A program made the translations under genes and the position numbers. The notes below the pieces were generated by a model that was not told the DNA's origin, ran no database searches, and saw nothing but the letters and a program-made list of their open reading frames with translations. From the NCBI GenBank assembly GCA_963815455.1, contig CAWFGO010000005.1:96001-160000 (forward strand): a DNA stretch of 64,000 bases, read 5' to 3'. The DNA comes from an uncultured Verrucomicrobiae bacterium (GTDB lineage Bacteria; Verrucomicrobiota; Verrucomicrobiia; Chthoniobacterales; UBA10450). Positions 41,253 through 51,953 of this stretch are shown piece by piece (positions within the stretch are counted from its first letter, which is position 1; every line of letters starts with the position of its first letter).

Positions 41253-41807
41253 ATGCGTACGTTTACCTGTTCGTTACTCCTGGCTGCTCTGACCAGCATA
41301 TCGGCATTGAGCGCTTCATTCCGCGAGGATCAAATTACGGCGCAAGAGTTGGCCCAGGAGCTCGACTTTAACACGCGAAAACTCGTCTTCACCTTCGAGG
41401 GGCCAGTTTATGCGCAAGCCGATTTTGTGCGGGTGGATTCCGGCCACGCCGTTCATTCACCAATTCCCACAGCAACCGCAAGTTCGGAGACTCCGTTTTA
41501 TTATATCCTGCGAAACTCCGAGCCGGGCATGAAGTCGGTCACTTTCAAAATCGGCAACAGCACGACGATGCGCACGAAATTCAAGTCGGTGTCGAACCCT
41601 TCAGCCCGCGTGCATGATGCCTATCCGGAGATCGTTTTGCCCGGAAAGCCAAACGCGCAAAAACCCATTTTTGTGTTCTTAAACTGGGATCCAGACATAG
41701 ATCGCGATCTAAGCCGCAACCTGCCGCCCGAAGAAATCGCGGGCAAAATGAAACAGGGATATTACCTGGCTCTTTATTTCTCGGACACGCCGTTTACAAA
41801 GCCTTAA
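41253..41807 (+). CDS. Hypothetical exported protein
   Basis: Signal peptide MRTFTCSLLLAALTSISALSA; no family recognised. Confidence 0.75.
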   Translation: MRTFTCSLLLAALTSISALSASFREDQITAQELAQELDFNTRKLVFTFEGPVYAQADFVRVDSGHAVHSPIPTATASSETPFYYILRNSEPGMKSVTFKIGNSTTMRTKFKSVSNPSARVHDAYPEIVLPGKPNAQKPIFVFLNWDPDIDRDLSRNLPPEEIAGKMKQGYYLALYFSDTPFTKP

Positions 41808-41938
41808 TCGGTTATGCGTTAATTGCTAATCGCGCGGCGACCGCTTCCCGGACAAGATCGACATGAACCAAAAAGTGTTTCGCAGCGTGAGCGCGGCATT
41901 GACGGGTGGGCACGACGCCTGTTATTAGGACGCAACCG

Positions 41939-42394
41939 ATGCGTGCGAGAAATCTCATTGCGATGTTGGGTCTGATGACGCCGATCGTGTGCGCTGCGCA
42001 AGAGGCTTACACGCCGCAGCCTGGGTCGGCTGAGCGGCAGGCGATCTGCGACGCGGCCAGAGCGCATCTCTTTGCCAAGTACGTGACTCGCAAGCTTCCG
42101 GGCCCGATTGTCTTCAAGATCGATCATCTCCGGGTCCAGAATGGTTACTGCAACTTCGAAGCGGTAGCTCTTTTCAAGGACGGCGGCTACGTCGCTCCCG
42201 ATTACATGGCCGATATCGGTCTGAATTTCTGCCTGGGCAAATCCGGCGGCGCCTGGCGAGTAATCGTCGATCTTAGCCGGAGCGATGTTCCCGATGGAGC
42301 AGAGCTGGCCGGGATCAAACGCAGTCTTCCTTCTGATTTTCCGATCTCCCTCTTTTCGCCGACCTGGCGCGACTTGTTTAACAAATCGCCTTGA
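41939..42394 (+). CDS. Hypothetical exported protein (TP.PGS.ER.AI.DA.R motif)
   Basis: Signal peptide, then YTPQPGSAERQAICDAAR; DLSRSDVP. Confidence 0.8.
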   Translation: MRARNLIAMLGLMTPIVCAAQEAYTPQPGSAERQAICDAARAHLFAKYVTRKLPGPIVFKIDHLRVQNGYCNFEAVALFKDGGYVAPDYMADIGLNFCLGKSGGAWRVIVDLSRSDVPDGAELAGIKRSLPSDFPISLFSPTWRDLFNKSP

Positions 42395-42614
42395 CACGGC
42401 GACCGCGGAAATTCTAAACAAGGGCAGGTCCTACGCCCCGTAACCGGCATACCGAAGCGAGCCGGTACTCTTCACATCGCATAATTTCACGAATCTTTAC
42501 TCGACTAAATGAGCACATGGTCTCGTCACTACACTTAACAAAAATGAATTGATGAGATGAACGCTCGAAAAATGTGGCTGTCCGCCTTTTTTGTCCCGTT
42601 GTCCTGAAAGAATT

Positions 42615-45600
42615 ATGACCCCGGGCTTAAGACCAGCAGTTCTCATCGCGCTGGCGCTCTTCATCGGCGGGACCAAACTGGCCCAGGCGCAAGACCGGAC
42701 CGTAAAACTGACGGTGAATGTGCTGAGCGATAACAAGCCGGTCCCAGGGGCGAAAGTAACGCTGGCTCCTAGTGCTGGCCCGGTGGTGACGACGGAAACA
42801 GCCGTGGATGGCAGCGCGACGGCCGACGTTTCGGTTGGTAAATCGGGTTGGTTTAGCTCGGATGCGACCATAAAGATCACGGCGCAGAAGGATTCTTATA
42901 CCGGCACGGACACGGTCAACGTGCGGGGCAAAGGATTTAAGAGTGGAACGTCGATGGAAGTTATTCGCACGATCGCCTTGAGTCCGCCGCCGGCGCCTTT
43001 GACTGCAACCTCGACAACGCGATTCACCGTGACCGTTGTCGATGAAAATGGGGGACCAGTAAGTGGCGCGAGTGTTTCCCTTTCGCGCGATGTATGGGGA
43101 CCGGATTCGGTCCTTTACGACAATCGAATGGAAACGGGGTCGGACGGGGTCGCGAGCACGGACATCCAGATCAAAGGCGACAGCCGGAGCTTCGGTGAAG
43201 GCTGGTTGTATTCGCCAACCTTCGATGTCGAGATTCGAAAAGATGACTTATCCGGAAAGGTCAGGTTCCAGATTGTCGGCGGCAAAACGTCGCAAGGCTA
43301 TCGCTATCCGCAATACATTGCCCGAAGGGTTATCGTTAGAAACTTCGAGCATGGCCAGGCAAAACAGAAAGCGACGATCAACGTCACGGTCGGCGTTGAA
43401 GACGATAAGCACAATGCCGTGGAAGGAGCTCGCGTGCTCATTACTGATCCCGGTCTTGGTGCCGCAACGGGAAGGTTTGTTGGGGTAACGGGCGCGGATG
43501 GGCGCGCAACGATTCCGTTTTGGTGGACAACGTCCGGCGAGGTGAACTTCGGCGTCCATGTTTCCAGAACTGGCTACCGGGACAAAGAGACGTTCATAAC
43601 GCTAAACGAACATCAGGTTGGCACGACTGTTTCGAGTGGAACAATCACTCTCGAAAAACTCAATCCCGGGGAGGAAGGAGTCACGGTCAACGTAAAGGTC
43701 TTGAACAAGAAGAACGGCCGAGGAGTGGTTGAAGCAAATGTCGTCCTGGATGGCGGGGGAGGCGCTTATTATTCGGAGGAAACAAACGGGCAGGGCGATG
43801 TGACCTTCAACGTCACACAAACGGGAACGTTCGCCGTGCGAATCACGCACAGCACGCTCCTGCCGTTCTCCGATGAGATTCGCCTTGTGGCCGACGACAA
43901 GAACAAACAAAGAAATTTCATTTTCAAGGCCGAGGGCAAGGACAAGGAGGAACAGGGCGAGGACACACTCGAAGTCACCGTTCTTGGGAAAGAATCTAGC
44001 GACGATAAGGCAGCGACCGTGCCTGTGGCGGGGGCGGAAGTGAGGTCGGGCGCGATCGTCGGCACAACCGGCAGCGATGGCGTGGTTCCGCTTCACGGTG
44101 CGTTTCAGGAAAAAACCGACCTGACGGTTCGGGCGGATGGTTACACGACGCAGGTGAAGAAGCTCACCTTCAAGAATTATTACAAGAAGCAGTTGCAAGG
44201 ACTCCTTCCCAACGTCGCAAAATCGCTGATCGCGGATGAGTGGAAAACGCGGATCGTGCTCGAGCCCGAACTGACAAACCAGAGCGCAATTCGGCTGAGC
44301 ATTGACGTCAAGGATTCCAAAGGCAACGGAATACCGAATGCGAAGCTGGACTTCTCTGCGGCCGACGGAACTTATCTGCCGTTAAAAGACCTGGGTTCAA
44401 ACACCAGGACAGACAGCACTGGAAATTTTCTCTTTCAGAGTAGCAAGCTTGAAGAACAAGACGTCGCAACCTTGCGCAAAGGTCTCGTCGTTAGCGTCAC
44501 AGCCGGGGGCTACCAAAGCATTCAGAATCGTTCGATTCCCGCGGATATGCTTCAACCATCAACCAAAACGACGCCCTTCCTTATCGAGATGGAGCGGGAC
44601 TGGAGCGAGTTGCGCAAGGCCATCGACGATCTCGAACCCCGGGTCTTCGCATGGAACAACGAAAAGGCGACACTGAGTCAAGACCTTGTGGGTCTCACAA
44701 AACTCAAGGCCGAAGTAACGCAAATTGCCCAGAAAGCTGCTGCGATTAGCGATGAAATCGAGCAGGCTAAGCTTCCGGCTGTCTATGGTCCAAGCGTAGC
44801 CAACATCCGGTGCAGGGAGGTGGACCGGCTGAAGGCGGCGATCGAAGGCTATTCGAAGGATGCAAACAGCAAGGAACAGGAACTGCGCAAGGTTCTCGAT
44901 CAAGCGAAAGCAATGGCTGCCACTTGTTCGAAGGCTTGGGAAGCGGAAGCAATTGGGAAGCTATACGAAGAGGCAGTCAGGCTAACGGCCGCGATCGGCG
45001 TCTTGGAAAAGAAGGCGGTCAAGGATGCGAATTCTCTGAAGGAATTCGCCAAGGCACAGACGGAGTTCAAGAAGAAGATCCCGGATTTGGAGACGAAAGT
45101 TTCCGCGCTTGTCGCAGATGCAAGCAAGGCGGCGGAGGTCGTGGCGAGGGCCGTCAAAGCCGCCGCCACGGTGCAGACCGTCAACAACACACTGCAAAAG
45201 AGTTACGCAACGCTTTGGGGCGAGTTGGCGAACCTGAAACAAACCTACGGTTTGGATAAACCCGTTGAACCAGTGCCGGAGGATCTCCTGAAACGCGTCG
45301 ATGCGATGCAGCAACTGCTTTCAAAAGTCCGCACCGATGTGTTCAGTTCCTCGACCGGCCTCGGCACGCTCCATGAGATTCAGGAGGCAGCCGCCGAACT
45401 CAAGGACAAGAAAGAAGCGGCCGAGGCGCTCCTGTCCCGTTACAAGAATGCAAAAGGCCTGTGCGACATCGAGTCGATGGACGACACGGTCGAGGACATC
45501 GGCGCCATCGTTACCGGTGCGACTCTTGAGTTAGGCGCGGCCGCCAATTCGGTGAGCGTGTGCGTGGCAAAAGCGAATGAGGCCAAAGATGAAGTGACTG

Positions 45601-46868
45601 TGCCCGATATTTCGCGCGCGGGCGATGATCCGGCTGCCCTGCTAGCGGCCGCGGCGCCATTTACCGGAACGATCGTGGCCACAAATAAAACGCCGCCCGC
45701 GGGAACGAAAAAGCTCTTTTCCAATCAGCTTCCTCTAGCCGGCACCAAAGCAAATCCCAAAACACAACCAATACAGATTTTCATCTATCAGTCAGTCGCG
45801 GAGGCGGCACAGTCGCCTTCGCCTTCTGCTCAAGGCGATCTCATAACTGTGCCGGACGTATCAGGCTTCAACGATCCCGACGCGATGCTAGCGGCGGCTG
45901 GTCCAGACATGGTCGGGATGATTATTGCAACAAACAAAACTCCGTCCAAAGGATCGACAAAACTCTTCGATCATCAGGATCCATTGGCAGGCACGAAATC
46001 CGAGCGTGGGAAGCCGTTGAAAATCTTTATCTATCAGTCGCTGGCCGATACGACGACCGTCGCCTCAGCTTCGCCTACCGCGACACCTGCTACCGCCGTG
46101 AAAGGCAAAATGCCTGACCTGGGAAAACTCACAATAGACCAGGCGGTGGCGCGTTTACCCTCGAATATGCGCATGGGTGGCGTTGAGGTCGGCAAGAAAC
46201 CAAAGAACACAGAAATACCCCTCACTATTTATTCGCAGTTTCCCGAGCCAAACACAGACATCGACACGAGTAGGATTGTTGTCGTAACCGTGAAAATCTT
46301 TGGCGAGGCTGCGTCTGACGAGGGTTCACCTTCACCCGCTGAAGATACCGCTTCACCGCCAGCTGTTGCAGATAGCACGTCACCGTCACCTGCTGACGAT
46401 ACCGCTTCACCGCCGCCTGTTGCAGATGATGCTTCGCCTTCACCTGCTGAAGATAACGCTTCACCGCCACCTGTTGCAGATAACGCTTCGCCGATACCTG
46501 CAGAAGATAACACTGGCAGCGGGTCAGGCGATTGGGTCGGCACCTGGGGGGAAAATGGTCCCAACGGACTCAAGATTAGCCGAGCAGGGTCGGGCTACAT
46601 TCTAGTCGGAAGCCTCACTGATAACAAACCGGTTCCAGGCAAGGAACAAGGAGGCTCGCTTGTGTTTAGTTGGGAGCTGGATCTCCGCGACGTGGTGGGA
46701 ATCCTCGGACAAGCGGAAAAGATAGGAAAGAAGGAGGATTCCACCATGAGCGCGAAGTACATCTTCACCCATAACGGCGACAAACTAGATATGGTGATGG
46801 AAATGACGGAACCGGGAGGCAAAGTTACGCGCAATTCTATACCGTCTATTCCTCGTGTAGGAAATTGA
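42615..46868 (+). CDS. Large exported multidomain protein: carboxypeptidase-regulatory-like Ig repeats, coiled coil, three PASTA-like domains, acidic Pro linker
   Basis: Repeated V.V.D..G.PV.GA.V...T..DG; long heptad region; TVPDI, TVPDV and KMPDL...Q.P..GT units. Confidence 0.8.
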   Translation: MTPGLRPAVLIALALFIGGTKLAQAQDRTVKLTVNVLSDNKPVPGAKVTLAPSAGPVVTTETAVDGSATADVSVGKSGWFSSDATIKITAQKDSYTGTDTVNVRGKGFKSGTSMEVIRTIALSPPPAPLTATSTTRFTVTVVDENGGPVSGASVSLSRDVWGPDSVLYDNRMETGSDGVASTDIQIKGDSRSFGEGWLYSPTFDVEIRKDDLSGKVRFQIVGGKTSQGYRYPQYIARRVIVRNFEHGQAKQKATINVTVGVEDDKHNAVEGARVLITDPGLGAATGRFVGVTGADGRATIPFWWTTSGEVNFGVHVSRTGYRDKETFITLNEHQVGTTVSSGTITLEKLNPGEEGVTVNVKVLNKKNGRGVVEANVVLDGGGGAYYSEETNGQGDVTFNVTQTGTFAVRITHSTLLPFSDEIRLVADDKNKQRNFIFKAEGKDKEEQGEDTLEVTVLGKESSDDKAATVPVAGAEVRSGAIVGTTGSDGVVPLHGAFQEKTDLTVRADGYTTQVKKLTFKNYYKKQLQGLLPNVAKSLIADEWKTRIVLEPELTNQSAIRLSIDVKDSKGNGIPNAKLDFSAADGTYLPLKDLGSNTRTDSTGNFLFQSSKLEEQDVATLRKGLVVSVTAGGYQSIQNRSIPADMLQPSTKTTPFLIEMERDWSELRKAIDDLEPRVFAWNNEKATLSQDLVGLTKLKAEVTQIAQKAAAISDEIEQAKLPAVYGPSVANIRCREVDRLKAAIEGYSKDANSKEQELRKVLDQAKAMAATCSKAWEAEAIGKLYEEAVRLTAAIGVLEKKAVKDANSLKEFAKAQTEFKKKIPDLETKVSALVADASKAAEVVARAVKAAATVQTVNNTLQKSYATLWGELANLKQTYGLDKPVEPVPEDLLKRVDAMQQLLSKVRTDVFSSSTGLGTLHEIQEAAAELKDKKEAAEALLSRYKNAKGLCDIESMDDTVEDIGAIVTGATLELGAAANSVSVCVAKANEAKDEVTVPDISRAGDDPAALLAAAAPFTGTIVATNKTPPAGTKKLFSNQLPLAGTKANPKTQPIQIFIYQSVAEAAQSPSPSAQGDLITVPDVSGFNDPDAMLAAAGPDMVGMIIATNKTPSKGSTKLFDHQDPLAGTKSERGKPLKIFIYQSLADTTTVASASPTATPATAVKGKMPDLGKLTIDQAVARLPSNMRMGGVEVGKKPKNTEIPLTIYSQFPEPNTDIDTSRIVVVTVKIFGEAASDEGSPSPAEDTASPPAVADSTSPSPADDTASPPPVADDASPSPAEDNASPPPVADNASPIPAEDNTGSGSGDWVGTWGENGPNGLKISRAGSGYILVGSLTDNKPVPGKEQGGSLVFSWELDLRDVVGILGQAEKIGKKEDSTMSAKYIFTHNGDKLDMVMEMTEPGGKVTRNSIPSIPRVGN
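46323..46512 (+). repeat. Coding tandem repeat, about 57-bp unit (SPSPAEDTASPPPVADDA)
   Basis: Three and a bit copies visible in DNA and protein. Confidence 0.85.
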
Positions 46869-46891
46869 AGTTTATGGTTGGTTAACTACCG

Positions 46892-48548
46892 ATGAAACAA
46901 TTTCTGATCGCCGGCGCACTATATTTTGGCCTTTGGACAGCCGCAGATGCGATCGACATCAACGGGAAAGTGCGCAGCGCCGGCGGAGAAAATGCCACCG
47001 TCACGACTGATGCCGACCTGCTGCCGAAGCCCGGCGACAAAGCCGAAAATCTTTTTCAAGATGCCAGGGAAGCAGGTCGAAATCGCTGTCGCCACTGGAC
47101 ACGTTTCCGAAATCACTGGCGATGATATCATGGTCAAGATCGACAATGCCACCGGCACAGTGAACAAGGATCAACTTGTTCGGATCACATCGGAGCAGCC
47201 GCAGAAAAGGCCTGCGTTTGTGACACCGTCCGAGCCATCGCCTTCTCCAGGCGAGGCCAGAAAAACCGGGACGGATGTTCAGCCTTCTGGTCGCGACCCG
47301 AGCTTCGTCTTCGTGGATTTGAACAAGATCTTCAAAGACTATCCGAAAACAAAAGAGAGCGAAGCCAGGATTAACGAAGCGAAAAACGCCGCGAAACAGG
47401 AATTCGACGAACGTGTCGCCAGGAAGGAGCCGGAGACGGAACTCAAGGAATGGCGCGTGGCGCGAGAGAAGGAGCTTCAGGATCAGGCCTCGAAAATGAG
47501 GAACGAAATCGTGGGCGAGATTACCTCCGCGGTCAAGCAACTCGCCGGCACGACGGCGAACGTCGTGGTGGACATCAGCGGGATGAGTTTGAACAGCGTT
47601 CCGGTTTTCGTGTACACCCCGAGCGCTGCGAACATGAGCGATCCCGTCGCGTCAGCTTTGAAGGGCCAGCAGCCGTCGCCGGTCAAGCCCATGAAGAATC
47701 TCAAATTCGCGCTCGTAAATATGGCCGACGTTTTCAAGCGCTCCACTAAGACGAAAGCGGCCGAGGTCGAGATCAACGCGGCAAAGAATACCGCAAAGAA
47801 GAGTTACGACCAGCTCGTCGCCTCCTACAACAAAGAACTGGCTCGCGCGGAATCATTATCCGGAGCAGCGAAGGATAAACAGATCACGAAAGTGAAGGCG
47901 TTAGAGCGCAAGATCAATGATTTTCGCGTAACCAAAGAGAAAGACCTGCAAGCGCTGGCGCTGAAGAAGCGCGACGCGATCGCGGCGGAAATCACCAAGG
48001 CAGTCGGCGCGAAGTTGGTCGGAGAAAGTTCCGTGGTCGTCCTGGATTCCAGCGGAATGTTACTCAATGGAGTGCCGCTCGTCATTTTCAGCCGCCAGGT
48101 TCCGGATTTATCGGATGAGATTGTGACGGCAATGAATGCACCAGGCACGAAGAGTAGCGCTACCACTACGCCACTCGCTTCCTCGAGCGATCTCCGTCTC
48201 GCTTATGTGGACATGGATCGCATCTTCAAAGCCATGCCAGAAACTGGCGCCGCCGAGGCCGAGATCAATGCCATGAAAGAGAAAGCCGCAGCGGAACTGG
48301 CCGGCGCGACTAACGAAGCCCGCCAGGCAAAAGAGAAGGAACTGCAAGATGTCGCGGTTAAGAGACGGGAAGGAATCGTTGCAAAGGGCACCGCCGCTGT
48401 GCGGCAGCTCGGCGGGAGCGCAGGTTACAATCTTATTTTCAACAGCAGCGGCAACAGCTCCTATGGTGTGTCGCTTGTTATCTCGACCCACGAACTGCCC
48501 GATTTGACCGACGAAGTGATTGCCAGGCTGACCAGCGCCGGGCGCTGA
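46892..48548 (+). CDS. Exported protein: shared N-terminal beta domain plus three tandem OmpH/Skp domains (extra A at 47046-47049)
   Basis: FVFVDLNKIF, FALVNMADVF and LAYVDMDRIF repeats, each ending in a D/N.SG..PDL.D-type motif; the paralog at about 50050 reads GAAATC. Confidence 0.82.
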
Positions 48549-48549
48549 G

Positions 48550-49779
48550 TTATTTTCGTTTCCCGGTCCATTGCCCATCTGCCGGAGCGTCGGGATCGCT
48601 CTTATTGTTATACTCGCCGCTGAAGGTCTGGCCGTCGGCCGAAAGGGTGAAGCGCCCTGTGCCGGGGCTGCGGTTGTTTTGCGTCCAATTGAAGCGCAGG
48701 ACGCGATCCTTGACCGTGCCGTCGATGGTGCCGTTGTGCCAGGGATGCGTGTAGGTGCCGGTGACCCGATCGCCGGTCTGGGTCAGGGTCATCTCGCCCC
48801 AGGTCGTGTCCCATTTCCCGGCAAAGGAATCGTTAGGCACAACGCGCGACAACGCTTCTTCCGATGGCACGTCCGACACCGGAGCGGACTTGGCGAAGAC
48901 TTCCAAATCGGCCGGGGACGCTCTCGCGGAAGGCATCGCGGCACCCAAGACCGTGATGCGCACATTCCATGCGCCCGAGTTGTCGGCCAGGGTATCGTCG
49001 TTGATGCCGAGGTATAATTCGCCGTTCCCGTAGGGCGCGCCGCCGCTGAAAGTATGAATGTATTTGCCGACCGGAAGGGCAGGACCGCCGTTGCCGACCT
49101 TGGCCATAAGGCAAAGTGATTTCAGGAGCGGCTGCGGCATATTCGACAAAAATTCGTCGCGACCTTCCGGCGGGACCTGATGATAAAAAACACGCGCATC
49201 GCTTTGACCTGACGCTTCGATCATTGCCGAAGCTTCGATCCGCACGGATGTCCCGCCATCAAGCATGACGCCGGTTGGAGTCCAGGCCTGGTTTGCCGGC
49301 ACTTGAATAGTCAACGATCTCTGGCTCCCTGGGTCGGGCGCCGCTGGTTTCGACGGCACAGTAGGCTCATCGCCGGGCGGTGGCGGAACATCACCCACGA
49401 CAAAGGGAAATCGCACGACGATCCGATTGTTCCCCCCATCCCAGCTGATGTAACGCGCTTCGTATTTTCCTTTCGCCAGCCCGCCGAACTGGATCGTTCC
49501 ACTCGCTTGCGTCCCCGGCGCCTTCGACCACGGGTTTCGCTCGCCAATGTCCAGGTTGATTGCGCTCACGCTTCCCTCCTCTGCTCGCGCGATCGTAATC
49601 CAATCCCGCACGTGCACCTTCGGGTTGGAATACTCGACCGCGATCGGCTCATCGGCACCATAAGCCAGCTTTTGCGCCTTGATCGTGACGCCTTCAGCGC
49701 TGGCGGCCGTTTGTGCTTTGGAATCGACCAAGCCGAGCGTAAGTCCCGCGAGCGAAAAGATAAATATCAAGCGTCTCAT
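48550..49779 (-). CDS. Exported protein: Ig/SKICH-like, LecA/PA-IL-like and beta-barrel domains
   Basis: DWITI...GKYEARY; VPANQAWTPTGV...GELYLGINDD.LADNSG; FAGKWDTTWGEMTLTQ. Confidence 0.7.
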   Translation of the reverse strand: MRRLIFIFSLAGLTLGLVDSKAQTAASAEGVTIKAQKLAYGADEPIAVEYSNPKVHVRDWITIARAEEGSVSAINLDIGERNPWSKAPGTQASGTIQFGGLAKGKYEARYISWDGGNNRIVVRFPFVVGDVPPPPGDEPTVPSKPAAPDPGSQRSLTIQVPANQAWTPTGVMLDGGTSVRIEASAMIEASGQSDARVFYHQVPPEGRDEFLSNMPQPLLKSLCLMAKVGNGGPALPVGKYIHTFSGGAPYGNGELYLGINDDTLADNSGAWNVRITVLGAAMPSARASPADLEVFAKSAPVSDVPSEEALSRVVPNDSFAGKWDTTWGEMTLTQTGDRVTGTYTHPWHNGTIDGTVKDRVLRFNWTQNNRSPGTGRFTLSADGQTFSGEYNNKSDPDAPADGQWTGKRK

Positions 49780-49888
49780 CAGTGCGTCAGTCTACTTAAT
49801 CCCAGGACTGATGAGCAAGCCTTCGTATTGCCTTGTAATTCCAAAAGGCTCGACAGTCTGCACGCCGGTCGCGACAATTCCACCGGCG

Positions 49889-50732
49889 ATGAAAACGATG
49901 AAGCGATACTTGATTGCGGCGACCTCATTCTGGGTGGTTGTGGCGGTGGCTCACGCCGTTGAGATCCGGGGGACGGTAACCAACGCGACTGAAGAATACG
50001 CCACCGTCACGACTGACTCCGATTTGTTCCCAGTCCCCGGTGACAAGGCAGAAATCTTTTTCAAGATGCCAGGGAAGGAGGTCGAAATCGCTGTCGCCAG
50101 CGGCCACGTTTACGAGATCACCGGCGATAACATCATGGTCAAGATCGACAACGCCACCGGCACGGTAAACAAGAATCAACTTGTCCGGATCGATTCGCCA
50201 AATCCATTGAAACGATCGAAAGCCGAGAAGGCCTCCAGCGGCCAGTCTTCAGGTCAATCGACGAAGGTCACGATTAGCTTTGATGATTTGACGCCGGGAC
50301 CGATTTCGAACGACGCGTTTGCCGATCGCGGCGTCCGGTTGACAAGCAACGAAAGGCGAACCCGGCATTTATTCCGCCGATCCGAACATGGTGATGCCTC
50401 CATCCCATCGGAACGTCCTCCTTCTCGCGGGCGAGCGAGTTACATCATTCACGATTACTTTCCAAAGTCCGGTCAAGCGATTCGAACTTATCCGAACGGG
50501 CGCGGCCGGCGGCACGTCGCTCCCGACTTGGACGATGACAGCATTTGATGGCGGAGGAAAAAAAATCGACAACACCGGAGAAAAGCATGGCCTGCCCGCC
50601 GCCGCGAAACAGTTCGCCGTCGAGGGCGCAGGCATCGCTCGCGTGGAAATCGTCACCGATAATCGCAATGGCGCTGGAACCTGGGCCACCTGGAGTTCCT
50701 TGCCCATCGCCGCGTTCGATTTTGACCGCTAA
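49889..50732 (+). CDS. Exported protein: shared N-terminal beta domain plus ISFDDL beta-sandwich (frameshift near 50350)
   Basis: Signal peptide; ORF 49679..50548 continues into the 50388..50732 frame. Confidence 0.75.
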
Positions 50733-50840
50733 AGAAAATTTAAGAGATGGACATTTGCAGAACCGTCGTCTTCCTCCAAGAACCTTGCTTTGCCACGCGT
50801 TTTTTGACCTGATAGGCAAGAGAATACCAGGCGCTTCACA

Positions 50841-51851
50841 ATGAACTTACGAAAAATCATCCCCTTGCTCGCCCTTGCCATTGCGTTCCCCGTCTCGCTC
50901 GGCGCAATTCAAATCACCGGCAAAGTCACTGAGATCGCCGGCGACGTCGCCACAATTGCAATGGATGGCGACGTATTGCCCAGCGTCGGCGACAAAGTCG
51001 AAATCTACTTCAAGCTCGGAAAGGCCGAAGTCTCCGTCGGCAACGCCCACATTACCGAAGCGACTACCAGATCTGTAAAAGCGAAGATCGACAATGCCAC
51101 CGGCAGCCCGGCTGCGAATCAGTTGGTTCGCATCACTCTCGGCAAGCAATCGCAAATAAGCGAGAAACCGATGCCAACCAAACCAACGGGCTCAAATCCT
51201 GTAGTTGGCGATTGGACTGGAGCGGCTCCGGGCGATTCGAAAGTGTCATTCAGTTTCAAAGCGGACAACACTCTGTTGTGGGTAGTGGAACAGCCGACTT
51301 CGACGATGGCGGTCACGGCCAAATATCGCGTCGATACTACCGTGATGCCCAATGTCGTTGAGTTTTTCGATTTCGAGGAAGGCGAATTCAAGGGCGCAAC
51401 ACTACGTGGGTTTTTCGAACTCCAAAGCGACGGCCGCCTCAAGATCGATCTGAGCGAAAAGCAAGAGCGGGGATTTAGTGACAGGGAAACTCTCCTGATG
51501 TCGCGCGCGACCACGCCGATTGTACGTCCGTCGCCCGTCGCATCATCGTCCGCGAGCGCGAGCGCAAAGCCGGCGGATGTAGAGAAAGTTTTAATCGGAC
51601 ATGAACGCCTCCTTGCTCGCGATTACGACGGCGCTATTCAAGCCTACACTGAAGCGATCAATTTAAATTCCACCAACGCCGCCGCCTTCGACGGGCGGGG
51701 CGACGCATTCGCCCGGAAAGACGATTTTGATAGCGCGATCAACGACTGGCAAAACGCGATCAGTTTGGATCCGAAGCGCAAACAAACATTGGAGCCACTG
51801 ATCGACCAGGCGAAGAAGCTAAAGGACCTCAACAAAGTACTCTCCCGATAA
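50841..51851 (+). CDS. Exported protein: shared N-terminal beta domain, GDW beta-barrel domain and TPR
   Basis: ITGKVTEIAGD...PSVGDKVEIYFK...KIDNATG..NQLVRI; VVGDWTG; YDGAIQAYTEAI TPR. Confidence 0.8.
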   Translation: MNLRKIIPLLALAIAFPVSLGAIQITGKVTEIAGDVATIAMDGDVLPSVGDKVEIYFKLGKAEVSVGNAHITEATTRSVKAKIDNATGSPAANQLVRITLGKQSQISEKPMPTKPTGSNPVVGDWTGAAPGDSKVSFSFKADNTLLWVVEQPTSTMAVTAKYRVDTTVMPNVVEFFDFEEGEFKGATLRGFFELQSDGRLKIDLSEKQERGFSDRETLLMSRATTPIVRPSPVASSSASASAKPADVEKVLIGHERLLARDYDGAIQAYTEAINLNSTNAAAFDGRGDAFARKDDFDSAINDWQNAISLDPKRKQTLEPLIDQAKKLKDLNKVLSR

Positions 51852-51953
51852 AGGATCTCAAAAAGGTGTTGGAAGGGCATCGCAAATAGCGAGCGGGATT
51901 AGCAAAATCGGTCCGAGCCGGACTAGCCCATTTGAAAATCGAAATCGTCCCAG

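Noticed and set aside
46994..50191. Diversity-generating retroelement template/variable repeat pair
   Set aside because: Differences are mostly synonymous and not adenine-specific, both copies are N-terminal coding domains, and there is no reverse transcriptase.
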